Shown here in pieces: positions 12,403 to 41,489 of a stretch of DNA of 64,000 nucleotides. A model generated the notes under the pieces. That model searched no databases, was not told the origin of the DNA, and saw nothing but the letters and a program-made list of their open reading frames with translations. Source of the stretch: Saccostrea cucullata. Its lineage: Eukaryota. Both the position numbers and the translations under genes were made by a program. The stretch covers positions 1 to 64,000 of the forward strand of contig NW_026936686.1 in assembly GCF_032062105.1 (NCBI RefSeq), in the 5' to 3' direction. Each line of letters begins with the position of its first letter. Positions within the stretch are counted from its first letter, which is position 1.

Positions 12403-12685
12403 GTCACTTGTGTTGCACAGTGGTTAAAGGCACACACTAAGGAGTTTATCCTTAGTTCGCTGGTTCGAATCCCACTGTGGGATGTGGAGACTGATCGCTT
12501 GGACGAGACCCTTTAAACAGAGCTCCTGTGTCTCTGTAGGTGCTGGAATGAAAAAGATCCCTCACTGCTCAATTGCCCTGAGTGCCAAGTATTGGACAAA
12601 AATTTGTAGATCTCCACTTGCAAGTGGTGGCATCTCATACGAATGAAAAATTCAGAGGGTTGTTAAATAACATACAATCAATCAT
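12403..12685 (+). mobile_element. tRNA-derived SINE
   Basis: A-box-like TGTTGCACAGTGG, B-box GGTTCGAATCCC, CAAT-repeat tail. A related inverted copy lies at 50918-51232. Confidence 0.8.
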
Positions 12686-12796
12686 TTTATGAGAAACGCA
12701 AGTTATATGCAATTTGTAAACCATTTTCACACAAGACTTACCTTGAACATGTGACACACATTTAAGAAATTATATGTACCATATGAATGTATACAA

Positions 12797-13201
12797 AATA
12801 TACTGGCATAGCTTTTGTGCAATAAGTCCAAATTACATACCGTGTAGCGGGTTATTTTAGTGGGGTGCTAATTTTAGCTTATTTTGGCATTTTGATGGTA
12901 GTCCACTAAAATTTTAATCACTAAAAACAAAATATACTGGCATAGGTTTTGTGCAATAAGTCCAAATTACATACCGTGTAGCGGGTTATTTTAGTGGGGT
13001 GCTAATTTTAGCTTATTTTGGCATTTTGATGGTAGTCCGCTAAAATTTTAATCGCTAAAAATAGTCAATACTCATCTTAGTGTTAATCTGCAAACCGCTG
13101 AAACTCTGTCAGCTAAAATAAATTACACCAATTTATTGGCATACCTTTGAGCATGCATAACACCAAATTTTACACCCGCCAAAAAAACTTGCTATATGGT
13201 A
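12797..13201. mobile_element. TA-flanked MITE (12972-13201) preceded by a ~130-bp tandem duplication of its left end plus flank
   Basis: TACCGTGTAGCGGGTTATTTT ... AAAAAACTTGCTATATGGTA; 12797-12925 repeats 12930-13060. Confidence 0.7.
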
Positions 13202-13985
13202 CCTAACCATTGTGGTATTCCATAAAAATTTTCTTTTATCGTGTTTATCGAGAACTGTGTGTACATTGGTATTGTATTTAACCTGCAGTCAAAATTATAA
13301 AAGCAACCCTTTAAGCCATTTCATTTTTTTCTCCCTTATGCCACTACATGTATCTTTATTTTTTCATAACTCGTATCTAAAATTACAGTCTGGATTCTTA
13401 AAATTTCCTATTTTGGTCAAAACCTTTTATTCTGCCATTTCCTCTAAATATTCCTATAACATGTTTTATAATTTGCTAGCATTTAATACCTTGAAATTTC
13501 TTTTGAAAAAGATTGATTAAAATCAATTCCTTTGAATTACATCATTTTTATCATCATAAAGTCTGCAAGTTTTGGAAGTATATATAGTTTTCTTGTCCAC
13601 AAAAACTTTAACCTTGCTTATAACCTTTGATTGGCTCCTCATCCACTATGGCTTTCACATTTCACAGGTGTATTTCTTGTGATAAGACTTTCCAACTTTC
13701 AATTATTAAAAGAAAAATTAATAAACATTTATCATTATGAATAAGTTTAACTTTCCAGTGTTTATGTTATTTGAATTAAAAATTTCAATTATAATTCATT
13801 ATTTATCAATTATGCCCAGCTAATTATTACCGATAATTGATTCTAATTATTTCCGATTTCCCATCACTAGAACTTGAATCAGACTGCTAATTAAATAAAC
13901 CACATTATTATTATTCTACTTTTATATAGCACCTTATGTAAATATGTTATTACCCTGAAGCACCTTACATGTATAAAACAAGTAC

Positions 13986-14805
13986 CAGGGGCGGATACAG
14001 GATTTGTGGTTGGGGGGGGGGGCGTGGATAATTCTGTTGAGGCAAGAGGTCTGGGGGCCGCCTTAAGGCCCTTAGTAGGTCCAGGGCGAAGCCCTGGTGG
14101 AGGCCCAGGGGGCAAAGCCCCCGGAAGCTCTTGGGTTTTCATGTATTTTAAAGTAAAATCAGGCACATTAATAGTGCATATTTTTCAATTATTTTTGTTA
14201 AAAGTATATAGCATATAGGTGGGGGCCCAGCTCCCGGAAGCTCCTGGGTTTTATTGTATTTTAGAGTAAAACCAGGCACATATTAACCAGTGCATATTTT
14301 TCAATTTATTTTTGTTAAAAGTATATAGCATATAGGTGGGGGTCCAGGGGGCGAAGCCCCCTGAAGCTCCTCGGTTTTCGTGTATTTTAGAGTAAAACCA
14401 GTGCCGCACAATAATAGTGCATATTTTTCAATTATTTTTGGTATAAGTAAATAGCATGTAGGTCCAGATGTTTGAAAAATAAATGTTTTGAATATTTCAC
14501 ATTTCTCATTGTATTGTAACACATGTCACTATATAATAAACGATTTACTTACTCATAATGGTATTGGTTAGTGATGTATCAAAGTACGACGTGTTTAATA
14601 CTTGTCATGTCATACTTTGAGTAGTAGGGGCGCAGCCCCCGGAAGCTCCTGGATTTTTGTGTATTTTAAGAATAAAACCAGGCAGAATAACACTTATTTG
14701 ATTAGTTTTGTATCAAAATGTGGCATTATAAGTATTAGTCACATCATACTTTGAAAATTTTAGGGGGGGCGTGCGCCCCCCACGCCCCCCTTAAATCCGC
14801 CAGTG
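13986..14805. mobile_element. MITE with CA termini and 5-bp TSD (AGTAC)
   Basis: agtac|CAGGGGCGGAT ... ATCCGCCAGTG|agtac; internal ~120-bp repeats containing ggaagctcc. Confidence 0.8.
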
Positions 14806-16359
14806 AGTACAATATAAAACAAAGAACAAGTGCAATATAAAAGGCAGAATTGTAAAATCATGAAAATGACACCTTTCTCCTATTAATTTTTTTTTAAATA
14901 AAAAATACCCAAAAACAATAATGAACTGCAAGTAGATCTATAGTCTTTTTATTGTACTGTTGTCTTTTTTAAGCATTTTACGCACACTACTAATAATGTC
15001 TATGCTTTTTTTTAGCCAATTGTCAGGAACCTGTGTAGGCGATATTCTTCATCTCTGCGATTGACACAAAATCACAATTTATGTAGGAGTTTCCTTTCTG
15101 CAAACTTCGACAAACACTTCGTACTGCTGCTAAAGTACTTTCATTAATAATAAGTTATCCTTTATAAATATGTCCTGATGACAGGTGTACCTATATGCGA
15201 GAGTTGTCACTGTAGACGACTCACATTTACAAAAGTTTTTCCCCTTTGTGGGAACTATCCGGGGTCAACCAGCGTAAGGCACTGTTTTCCCTCTATAACC
15301 TTACCAACTTTATAGATCAGTATCTTACTTCTACTCTTAGTAATTAAATCTGCATGAATATGATCATAATTTACCTTACCCCATACTCTGGCAATACAGG
15401 TACAGATCCAAATTGTTCGATAACGTTTGAAAATTAAAAATATTAACAAGTAACTTAAAAAGGACAAAGACAGTGGGAAAACGAGCGTTACGCCGACAAC
15501 GGGACATAATTCTTAGAAATGTAAATATATTAATTATGCAATGACAAACTATTAGTCTATTACGCTTCCTTCTACTAAGTAAATCTAAAAAAAAAAAAAA
15601 TCTTCTCAATCTTTCTTAACACTAGTAAAATGTAGCAGTGCCTAAATGGACTTGTTTTTCTCCATGTGACTTTCTCCGAAGGAGACTTCAACTGCGCAAT
15701 ACGATCGCTGTGCCTAAACACTGCATATATGCTGCATGAACAAATATACGCAAGGTAGTAATTATTCAGCTAAATCCTTTACTCTTCAAACCTTACAGAA
15801 TGAAAACAACAATCAGCAATGAACACTTTTGTTTCAGATCAAAATTCGGTTACTTCTTCACCGTCCACATCAAAAATGGCTGAAGGAGTGAGCCTCGTTT
15901 TCATTTATTATGTACACCGCGCCCGATCGAAAAAAAAATAAACAAAGGTAAACCTAATCCGTTATCATTTCGTACGGGCACAAACTAGACAAAATTGAAT
16001 GCGCACTAAATAAGGTTGCTTGCATATTAATGTAACTAATCATGGCTCTGTTGCTTATGAGATCTAGAGAAGAAGATTTTTAAATTTTAAAGGTTTTCTG
16101 ATGTATTCTTATTTAAAATTTACTCATCCATTACGGACCAACCCTTACCCCAGGGGTCATGATTTGAACAAACTTGAATCTACACCACCTGAGGATACTT
16201 CACTATGAGTCTAATCTTTCCTGGCCCAGTGGTTCTTGAGAAGAAGATTTTTAAAATACATCATTACTTTTTCACAAATTCCTAATTATCTCCCCTTGAA
16301 AGGGAGCATGGCCCCTCATTTGAACAAACCTGAATCCCCTTCACCTAAGGATGCTTTAT

Positions 16360-16432
<73 letters not shown>

Positions 16433-18269
16433 GACAACAACAACGACAACAACGACGACGACGACAGACAACGGACAGATTGTGATCAGAAAAGCTCACT
16501 TGAGCCTTTGGCTCAGGTGAGCTAAAAAGGTATGATAATCAATATTTTGTGGAAAGGACTACCTCTGCATTATTGGGTAAGACAGATGTATATGCATTCT
16601 TTTTTTTTTTTTTTTTGCAACATGACAATATTCAAATAAATCTTCACAAATAACTGATAAAATAAATCTAGCGAGTACATTGCATAATATAATCAGTGTA
16701 ACGTATTCATACCCCTTAAATATTTAAACTGTCACGTTCGTATGGACACATATACTATATACATTTAATATTGATCGATTGATTTTGTTCAACGCCGAGT
16801 CGGCAATATTCCAGTCATATTTCGGTGGTTAAAAGTTATGTTAACGCTTAAAAATATTTTGGATTTCTCTAGATCTGACAGCTTCCATTGAGGCTACTCT
16901 TTTCGGAAACCAGAAAAATGATCTTTAGATTGCCGGGATTGTTATCTTGGACACGAGGCACAATTAACCGTCCCATCCGATAGGATTTAAAAATTTGTAA
17001 ACAGGCAAATTTATAATAACAAAAATCTGCTAACTTGAATTTAAACATTTAAATCTTACTCTAGAAATCTGTAAAAGAATATGGTTTACAGTTATTGCAC
17101 AGTCACGAGATATGTCTTAAGGAGGATGTTCCCAGTTTAGTTAATATGACTGAGTAAACTTTGATTGCCCAATGCGTATGTTTGATATAAAAACTTAGTC
17201 CTGTAGTTCCATGCCAAAATTACATGACTGGTTAACTTTGTTTTGTATTATATAAATTTTATTATTATCACAAAAATCCCAAAATATTTGCCAACTTAGA
17301 TAACATACGTAAGTTTTTACTTAGTATTTTAGATCAGTGGAGGGAATTTTCAAATAAACAATTAATAATGAAGTGCATTATTTGCGGCACTATCGCTTTT
17401 GTGTTCCAGGGAAACCAGTATGAGTTGGGATTCAAAAAAGTTCAACAACAGAACTTAATTTTGTTTATCAAAGTGATATATAGTACTTTGTTAAATATCA
17501 AAAAATAATCAAAATGGTGTTCATATGTGTTCACTAAGCAGAGTCACGATCTTTGAGCAGACTTTCCTCTATTACATTCCCCCTTTCTCTGCCAGAGAAT
17601 GGATGCTTGCTATCCTTCTAACTCTCGATTTACACGAAAACTAAACTTTCATCCATGACAAAATGCTCTTTTTATTATAGATGAGCCAACCACCCCTATA
17701 TTACGCTTCTTCTAAAAGAATTTTTAAAAAAAAAAAGGAATTCGAAATATTTATAAAACATGTGATAAAACCCAAGTTTTACACCGGCACCTAGACACGT
17801 GACACTTTAAAATTACCCTATGCATTGAAGGTTGCCCGAGTGCTAAATACATGTTTTATAAAATTTTAATTGGTCAATGACCCTTGTAAATATAGATTCG
17901 ACTTGATAACGTGTGGTTTGCAACCCGGAAATATGTCAGAGAAAAGCCCCTTGGAAAATTATGTATATGCATGTATATCTTTCACTTGCAATATTTAAAT
18001 AAATATATTTTAAATTTGACAAATTTGTCAATGGGAAGGGGACAAAATGGGAACCGTTGTTCCCTTAATTTTCCGGCGGATCTGTTTATATGGTATGACA
18101 TTTATTTTTTGCTTTCTAACCTAACAATACCCATAAGAATAGTATGGCCGGGTTTATCTCTGCATTTCTGAGTAGTAAATAAGGCATGCTAACTAATAGG
18201 TTTAACGTAATAGATAATTATGTGAATATCTATCCTAGCATTAGTTTTACTCTACAAGCATCTCGTGGA

Positions 18270-18445
18270 GGTGAGACAGTTTAAACCGAGTTTCCGTACT
18301 GTAGCTGGTGTTAGCACGAAAAAAAAATATCTCACTGCTACCTCAATGAGTATATAGATCTAAATTCTGAGCCCTCTCCCAGGAAGTGGTGGTGTCTAAT
18401 TATATGTTAAAATTTTCGAGAAGGACGTTAAACAAAACCAATGTA
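18270..18445 (+). mobile_element. 5'-truncated SINE fragment
   Basis: Similar to the 3' half of 12403-12685 (gagac..taaacc, ctcactgct, ggacgttaaacaa). Confidence 0.5.
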
Positions 18446-18606
18446 TATATACATGTATTTAACATTGGGATTTTAGTATGTACTCGTAATATTCTCTATA
18501 CAGTCATTTTCACAATCTTTAATAATATTTTGAAACATCTCTTCTCAATATATTTTGTGTAAAAATATTAATTTTTCCGTTTAGTAGATTACATACAGGA
18601 CTAGAT

Positions 18607-33945
<15,339 letters not shown>

Positions 33946-35697
33946 AGACTCTAAGACCCATGTTGCTGATTATGCAATATTGTAAATAAAAAAGAAAGAA
34001 AATATACCATGTTGTATTGTTCTTCCTTAACAATTAAAGATGACAAGCAGAATAATATAAATTAATTGGTGCCCCGCTGTGTCTTTGTTGGTAAGATGTC
34101 ATTATTTTTTGCTTATTGTGTCAAATATGAACGCCCTATCACATGTCAAAAGTTATCACCAAAGTAGATTTTTGCGAAAAGGTCAAACAAGAAGGAAAGT
34201 TGTCAGAGATCAGAGCAAGGTTGGATATATCTTGTCAAAGAAAATGCACACGTCAAATATGAAGCTTCTTTGAAATGTAGGTCAAACGTTAATGTTAAGG
34301 CTCAAGGACACAGGGTCAGAAATCTCAGTATATTTTGATAGGTCTTGCCACAGGTAATAGGTCTTGCCACAGGTAATACACAAGTGAAATCCCAATCTCT
34401 TCTCATTTAAAAGATATTACCAAGGTAAAAGGTTTTGAAAAGTAAGCGAAACTTTAAGGTCAAGGTCACATGGTCAACAATCATAATATATTTACTTTTA
34501 AGGAAAGTCTTGTCACAATAAATACACATTTTTATCTCATCTAATTCAAAAGTTAAGGGCAATTTAAGGTTTCACCAAAGGTCAGCATATCCAAAAATTT
34601 ATTTTTACAATTGCTCAAAACTTATGCGAGGTATAAAGTTTAAACTTTTACAGTGTATAAATAAATCATTAAGTAACAGATAGAAGGTTTGTTTGAAAAC
34701 AATTATTTAAAAAAGATTTTTTTTTTGAGACAAATTATATCAAATAATTTGCATATTTTAAAAAAGCACTTGTTTAATGCTGCCCTTTTACTGAAAACCA
34801 TCATTGAAGAAATAATATGTGCTTATCAATGAAGGGCAAGTTTGCCCTGAATGGTCTCTGAAAGGCTGTTATTGAAAGCATATGTAAAAGGACAAGACCC
34901 ATATAAAATACTTTCGATCTCAAATTCTAACATTTGGACAAAATAAACGGGAAAAAAACTTTCCAGAGGCTATCGAAGTCCTTCTTGCCTTCATTGAAAA
35001 ACATTTCATTTTATTTGTTTCTGCAATGGTGAATTTCACTTAAAGCAGATGTACTTAAGTGTATTTTGTAAAAGTATATATATATATTTTTTAAAAAGAA
35101 GTGCTCTCCATAAATATTCTTTTTTAAGTATCTGTTATCAAGTGATACTTTCTATCTTTTAATCGATGATATATTTATAAACTGTAAAATATTTAACTTT
35201 ATAAACTACATAGTTTTGGAGCTATTGTATTAATAAATTTTTGGGCATGTTGACCTTGAAGGACCTTTGTGCTATATTTTAAAGTCTATTTATGGTGTTG
35301 TCTATGAACATCTGATGACACAATAATATTAATATATAGAAATACTGAGTATGTATTTAAAAATTATCAACAGGTAAGGTCGTTGCGCATTTCCTTCAAG
35401 TAAAATTAAATATATTGCAAAAATAGGTCAAACGTCAAGGTCACGGGGTCAAAAATCAACGTATATTTTAAAGACATTGTCTCAGTAATACACAATTGTA
35501 ATATGAAAGTCCTACCTCTATTCATTAAAGAGATATGACCAAGATTAAATTTGTGTGACAGACGGCCAGACTGGCAGAGGAATGAGATTTAATGTCTCCT
35601 CGTTTTCACGAAAGCGGGGGACAATAATCTTCGATGATGTTTGTTTAAAATAAAGCAATGTCGGTCCGTCACAAAAATTTAACCTTATATCTTCTAA

Positions 35698-36690
35698 ACA
35701 AGAGGCCCATGGGCCTTATAAGTCACCTGAGCATCATGTGATTGAATTTGGTAAATGTTTTAAGCTAGATGCTATGGCATTCACAATTTTGAAAGAGGCA
35801 CCATAAATGCTGATCATAACTATATACTTAGAAATTGCTTAGTTTGGTTACTTAATATCCATAGGCAGGGTAGAGGGGACAATAACTGCATTTCAACTTA
35901 TAAGTAATATTCAGCAATAATCAGTAGTGCCCCTAGCACACATGAACCCCCGACCCTAGGTCCAAGCATTGCACAATTTTTGAAAAGACACCCTTGCTTA
36001 TCAAAAATGTTTGATTAATACCAAGGAGCAGATTTTAAACAACTAATTCATTTTCACTGGAGCCCCCACCCCCACTTCTATGGTACTCCTCTACCCTCTA
36101 TGGTACCCCTGACCCAGAGGCCTTGAAATTCACAATTCTGGAAGAAGGACCCTTATTCATGAGTTCATCTGCTAAATACCCAGGAGCAGAGAAGAAGATT
36201 TTCAAAGATTTAGTGTATTTTCACTAGTATATAATTAATCAATAGAACCCAATCCTAACATCAGAACTCCTAATCCTGGAGCCATAAAATTCACAATTTT
36301 GGTAGAGGCACTCTTGCTCATTATAACTATGTTACTTAGTTTTAGTTTAAAACCTAGGAGCAGAGAAGAAAATTTTCAAAGAACTAGTGCATTTTCACTA
36401 TATAATCAACAGAGCCCCACCCTAACACGAGAACCCCTGAACCTCAGGCCATAAAATTTACAATTTTGGAAGAGGTACTCTTGTTCATCATAAATGCATA
36501 TATGTACTTAGTTATGTACTTTAATACCCAGAGGCAGAAAAGAAGATTTTCAAAGAATTAATGCATTTTCACTATGTATAATCAATAAAGCCCCGCCCTA
36601 ACACCTGATCCCAGGGCCAGTACAAAAAGTTATGACGCACAACGACGGACAAAAACGGATAGAAATATAGGTCAAATGAGTGACTCTCAT
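35698..36690 (-). mobile_element. HINE of a second subfamily with ~175-bp internal repeats
   Basis: ACAGAGGCCCATGGGCC..GTCACCTGAG end; repeats containing caggagcagagaagaagattttcaaaga. A related copy lies at ~41490-42238. Confidence 0.7.
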
Positions 36691-37081
36691 CAATATCTAA
36701 CAGCAAATGAAGATTGATGAAAATATCTTAGTTTCTTTGAAACTGAGCTTTGAACTGAGCGAAATGCAAAGTGTACTGTCAGAAGAACAGACCGAAGAAC
36801 AGAAGGATGGAAGGACAGAAGACAGACAAATCAAACACTATATGCCCCCGCCATATTCATAGTGGAACATAAAATCATAACATGCAATGATTGTCGATTA
36901 GCAATGATATTCATGGTGGACATTGAATTTTCAAGGTTAGTTGAGATTAATAACACGAATTCTAGTCGGCAAATATTATTTTCCATCGGCGTTTTAGCTC
37001 TACCAGCTAGCCCTTGCTTCAAAACAAATATGGTCGCTAATCGACAATCATTGCATGCTATGAGAGTGTAGAATTAAAGAA

Positions 37082-38343
37082 AAACTAGTGCTAATTGTAA
37101 CGGGGACCGTTACAGATGTTCCCCAAACGCTCCCAACTCCCTTTTGGTGCCACATTCCCCGTAATCTCTATTAAATAAGAAATACTTTATGGAATTTAGA
37201 CTTAATCAAGGTCTTCCCAGAAAAATACAAAATATATTTAAAAATAGGCATTGCACGCTTATTCATGTGCGTAACGACCATATTATCTTGTCTGCACTAT
37301 CTAAAATTTAAATATACTTAATATCAAAGCATTTAATCCAAAAGTATTAAAAATACACTCATTCCAGTATATTTTTAATTTTACTCATTTCACGTGCACG
37401 CACGTGCAGGCACGTGCATAATGACTACACCTTGTTGTAGGATTCCCTTTTATTTACCTATGTTCTAAGTCTCATCCTGTTTGGTTGAAAAACAAGGGAG
37501 TTATAGCCATTTGAAGTTTCAGCCAATCAGATTGCAGCACACATGCCTGCACGTGATTTCATAAATTTTTATCTTTATCGTATTGAAGGATATCTAAATG
37601 AATGACTATATTTTAAGATTCAGAACATTTCGTCAAAAAAAACAAAGGAGATATAGCCGTATAAAATTTCAGCCAATCAGATTGCAGCACACGTGCATGC
37701 GCGTGATTTCATGAATTTTTTTCTATGTCATATTTTAGGATATCCTAATGTATGACTATGTTTTAAATTTCAAAGCATTTCGTCAAAAAACAAAGGAGAT
37801 ATAGCCATTTAAAGTTTCAGCCAATCAGATTGCAGCACGCGCGCATGCGCATGATTTCACGAAAGTTTTTATATATCATACTGTAGATCTTCATAATGTA
37901 GGACTATGTTCAAAATTTCAAAAGATTATGACAAGACAAGAAAGATACTAAGACTTTAGTTTCAGCCAATCAGAGCAAAGCGCACGTGCATGCGCGTGAG
38001 ATCTTGCCATTTTGACCATGCCATCTTGTCTATACTACTAATGTATCCTTACATTATGAGTTTAAAAAAAATCATCAAAAAAAAGAAAAGTTACAGCAAT
38101 ATCCATTATATTGGTCATTTCACGTGTTGCACGTGCGCGCTCTTGCAAGCACGTGCGCGCAAAATGACCTTCGTTCGGCAAATCTACATAACATGTCTAC
38201 TGACCCTAAAAACATTTTACCTTAGTCGGATGTATAGTTTACAAGATCACTCGTGGACAAAATTTTCCCAGGAATAATAATAATAATAATAAGAAACAGA
38301 GTAAAAACAATATGTTCCCCAACTTCGTTTGGGGAACATAATA
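37082..38343 (-). mobile_element. HINE-like element with ~148-bp tandem repeats (~4 copies)
   Basis: Ends aactagtg..gtaacggggaccgttac (hairpin)..atgttcccc and atgttccccaacttcgtttggggaacat (hairpin); TAA microsatellite; repeats containing tttcagccaatcagattgcagcac. Confidence 0.75.
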
Positions 38344-39341
38344 AATTGCTCATGGAATTACATTCTTATATTTTAATAAAAATATCAATCATTGCCTGAA
38401 TCGGATCAATTTACTACCTGTGTACTGGAATTATTCGAATCAAATGCATAACCGGAAATCGATCTCTTTTGATTGATATACACAACTGCTGGTTGTGCAA
38501 CTGATCGATTAGCAGGCTTGGTTCAAGTGTTATTAATTTCAAGTCTGTATCAGAAAATTTCATCGAAAGCAACAGGAGTCCATAAAATCTGCAGGAAACG
38601 AAATTGATAACTTGAGTTATATTGGGTAAGTAGGAAATTCAACATTTTGATGGAATTTTATTCAGTAAGAAAGTTTCCATACCTCTAAGCCGAGTTACAC
38701 ATCATGATATAACTGAGATACGTCTACAATATTATATTTATTTGTCAAATTAGAATTGTAGATGTCTGAGCTTGACCCCCCCCCCCAATACCTATGGAGA
38801 GGAAGTTCCTTCTCTACCCACACTCTGCACGTGATATTAAATCTGTGACTTCACACTAGCCTACACATCAGCAGAAAGGAATATACGCCACTGAACATGG
38901 ACTCCATTAGAAGCTCACAAACGTAAGTTTTCATTACAAGAATTTAAAACTCTAAAAACAATTCCTAATTCATCTGAATCATTGTAATTTGTTGACAGTA
39001 AAATTAGTTTTCACTTTTTACACCACTGAATTTAAAACATACCCTAGTCACTTTCATTTAAAAATTTCACTTTTTAAAAAAAATGAATGATTTAGTCGAG
39101 TTGAAAAATAACTGATTCAGTTGAGGAAGTTTTTTATTTTATGATTTACACGTATGAAATAATGTAAAAATTCTTTTTTTTTTAATTAAAAAAAATATAC
39201 ACTGTCAACATTTTTTTTAAATAAAACATGATAGTTTATTAAGCTTATCAATTATGATAATTATATTATAGATTTACAAAAGTGAAACACTAATTATACA
39301 CAAATATAAATTCCACTTTAATCATTCTCAGTACTAAAGCC

Positions 39342-41363
39342 ATACAACGCATATCAGAGTCAGTGTTTGTGGGGCTGTGTCGTAAAGTTGGGACCTCACA
39401 ACTGGTGGCCATGAGGAGAGATGTGGTGGACATCTGGGAGATGGTGAGAAATCAAGTGAAAACAAGTGATGAGATCAGAGAGATGTTGAGTGGAAGTTTC
39501 AGAGAAGGACTCAAACTGGAAGGATCAGATATAGACACTATGTCCTGGCTAAATAATTACTGTGGGATCTGGAAATTATCTCAGTCTCAGTATTACAACA
39601 TACACAGACAAGCACTGATCCTCTGTGACTGTTCTGATAGTCCACCAGGATTTACTTTGTTATATTTACTGTCACCTAGCTTGTACAGAGACATCCAGAG
39701 AGTGTGTGTTAGAATGTCTAGCAGATATTATATATCTAGTTCTAAATACAGACAGTTCCCTTTATCTGATTCATCACTACCTTATAACACCACTCAACAT
39801 GGACCCTGTGTCAGTGGAAGATTTGGAACACTAGAATATGATTACGCCCCCTGTTTTGTTAGTGACTTTTGGCCTCCCTCTGCCTTCCCGTGGATAGACA
39901 TATGTCACTCATGGCCCCAGCCTCATGTTATTGTGATATAGTGAAAAATGGATGTCACTTTGTAGCAATTGGACATAAGCTAGGAAATCATGAAGATCAT
40001 GAATGGAGAATTTCTTTCTCCCAAGCAGAACAAAAACTCGTGTATGTAATGAATCACTGTCAATTTTTAACTTACGGCTTACTTAAATTGATCTTAACAG
40101 AAATAATTAACAATGGAGTAGGTGATGATGATAAATTACTGTGTTCCTATCACATGAAGACAGCCGTTTTCTGGGTGATTCAACAAAATACAATACCTCA
40201 CTGGTGTCCACAAAATCTCCTGGGGGGGTTTCTGGGTCTGTTTTAAACTCATCCTCAAATGGGTGAATGAGGGGGTCTGTCCTAACTTCTTTATTCCAGG
40301 CAACAACATGTTTCTGAGTAAAATTCATGGCGTCAAACAACATCAATTATTTATAAGACTGTCAGAGTTGTATGAGAAGGGTTTAGCATTCCTGCTACAC
40401 AGTCCCTCCATTAGGTCTTATATTATAGATGTCCTCTATAACCCCAGAAACTCCATCTGTACAGATGATCATACTCTGATTTCTGAGGCTGAGTTTGATG
40501 AAAATCTATTTGGTGAAACATTACGTAATAGAATAATACATAAATTGGACATACATATCTGTATGAGATATCTACATACAATAGAACAGATGATAGGTTC
40601 ATCCCTCCTGACACAGTATCAAGTCTTAGTGCTACAGAAACTTACAGCTAATGTCCTTCAATATACTGCTTTTATATTACACATGGAAACTTACACACCT
40701 GACAACAAACTGAGTTATAGAGCTGACAAAATGTCCTATCGCATGCTGAAATTAGCAGCCAAATTTGGTTGTATTACAGACATGCTGTACATAGCAATGT
40801 ATTATTACAAGACGCTTAGATACACAGAAGCTATATCTATTATAGAGATGATCAAGGTTAAGTTAGCACAGCCTAAATATGTGATGTATATGGGTAATGT
40901 AGATACAGTGATGTATACTGAGGCTGTAAGAGGAAAGTCCTGGTCTACAAAGATGAGACAGACTGCAGCAGGGATTCTCAGACTTAACTATGAAATCTAT
41001 TTCATCAGTGAATTATTACCAGAACAACAGTCTGCTCTACAGAACAGTAGCCATGTATTAGATATCCCACCCTTGGTACTGTTATACATACTAGAGATCT
41101 TGTGCTACAGACATGTAGACACAATGCGAGCACAAACAGCTCTAGATGATCTACAGACCCTAGTTTACTATGATCAGGGACAGTTTATAGATTACAGAGA
41201 CATATCGTGGCAGATTCTGGGGATCTGTCAACAGGTGACAGGGAACCTCCAGGCTGCTCTATACTCATACCAACAATCTCTCAGACAAGAACCAAACAAC
41301 AACATACAAACAGCTACAGAAATGAGAATACAGAGAGTTTACCATTTGGATTCCCTTAATTAA
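39342..41363 (+). pseudogene. Mab-21/cGAS-like receptor (cGLR) with C-terminal TPR-like region, disrupted
   Basis: Nucleotidyltransferase motif SGSFREG..GSDID and third Asp in EYDYAPC. Mab-21 motifs GCHFVAIG, EWRISFSQAEQKL, LCSYHMKT, CPNFFIP.NNMF. TPR-like ILGICQQVTGNLQAALYSYQQSL. Frameshifts near 39930 and in the G7 run at 40222-40228. The likely start codon reads ATA (39342). Confidence 0.85.
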
Positions 41364-41489
41364 TTAAATGTCAGATGATATTTGTAGGAGTTCACGGATA
41401 GAGATTATCATTTTCATATCCTCTTCTGATTTCATATTTTCTTTTCTGTCTGTTTTATTACATGTATTTAAAAGCTAATGACAAGTCTA

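Larger units (their letters stand above)
1821..16528 (-). mobile_element. Putative autonomous Helentron (endonuclease-bearing Helitron), ~14.7 kb
   Basis: Left boundary AACAAGAGGCCCAGGGGCCATATCGCTCACCTGAG (1821) and right boundary AAAAGCTCACTTGAGCCTTTGGCTCAGGTGAGCTAAAAA (16528) are the same pair of ends as the complete 800-bp non-autonomous copy at 23721-24520. They enclose an intact Rep-helicase-endonuclease ORF. Confidence 0.75.

Noticed and set aside
12403-12480. Functional tRNA gene
   Set aside because: A/B boxes are present but the cloverleaf is degenerate and continues into a SINE body and tail.
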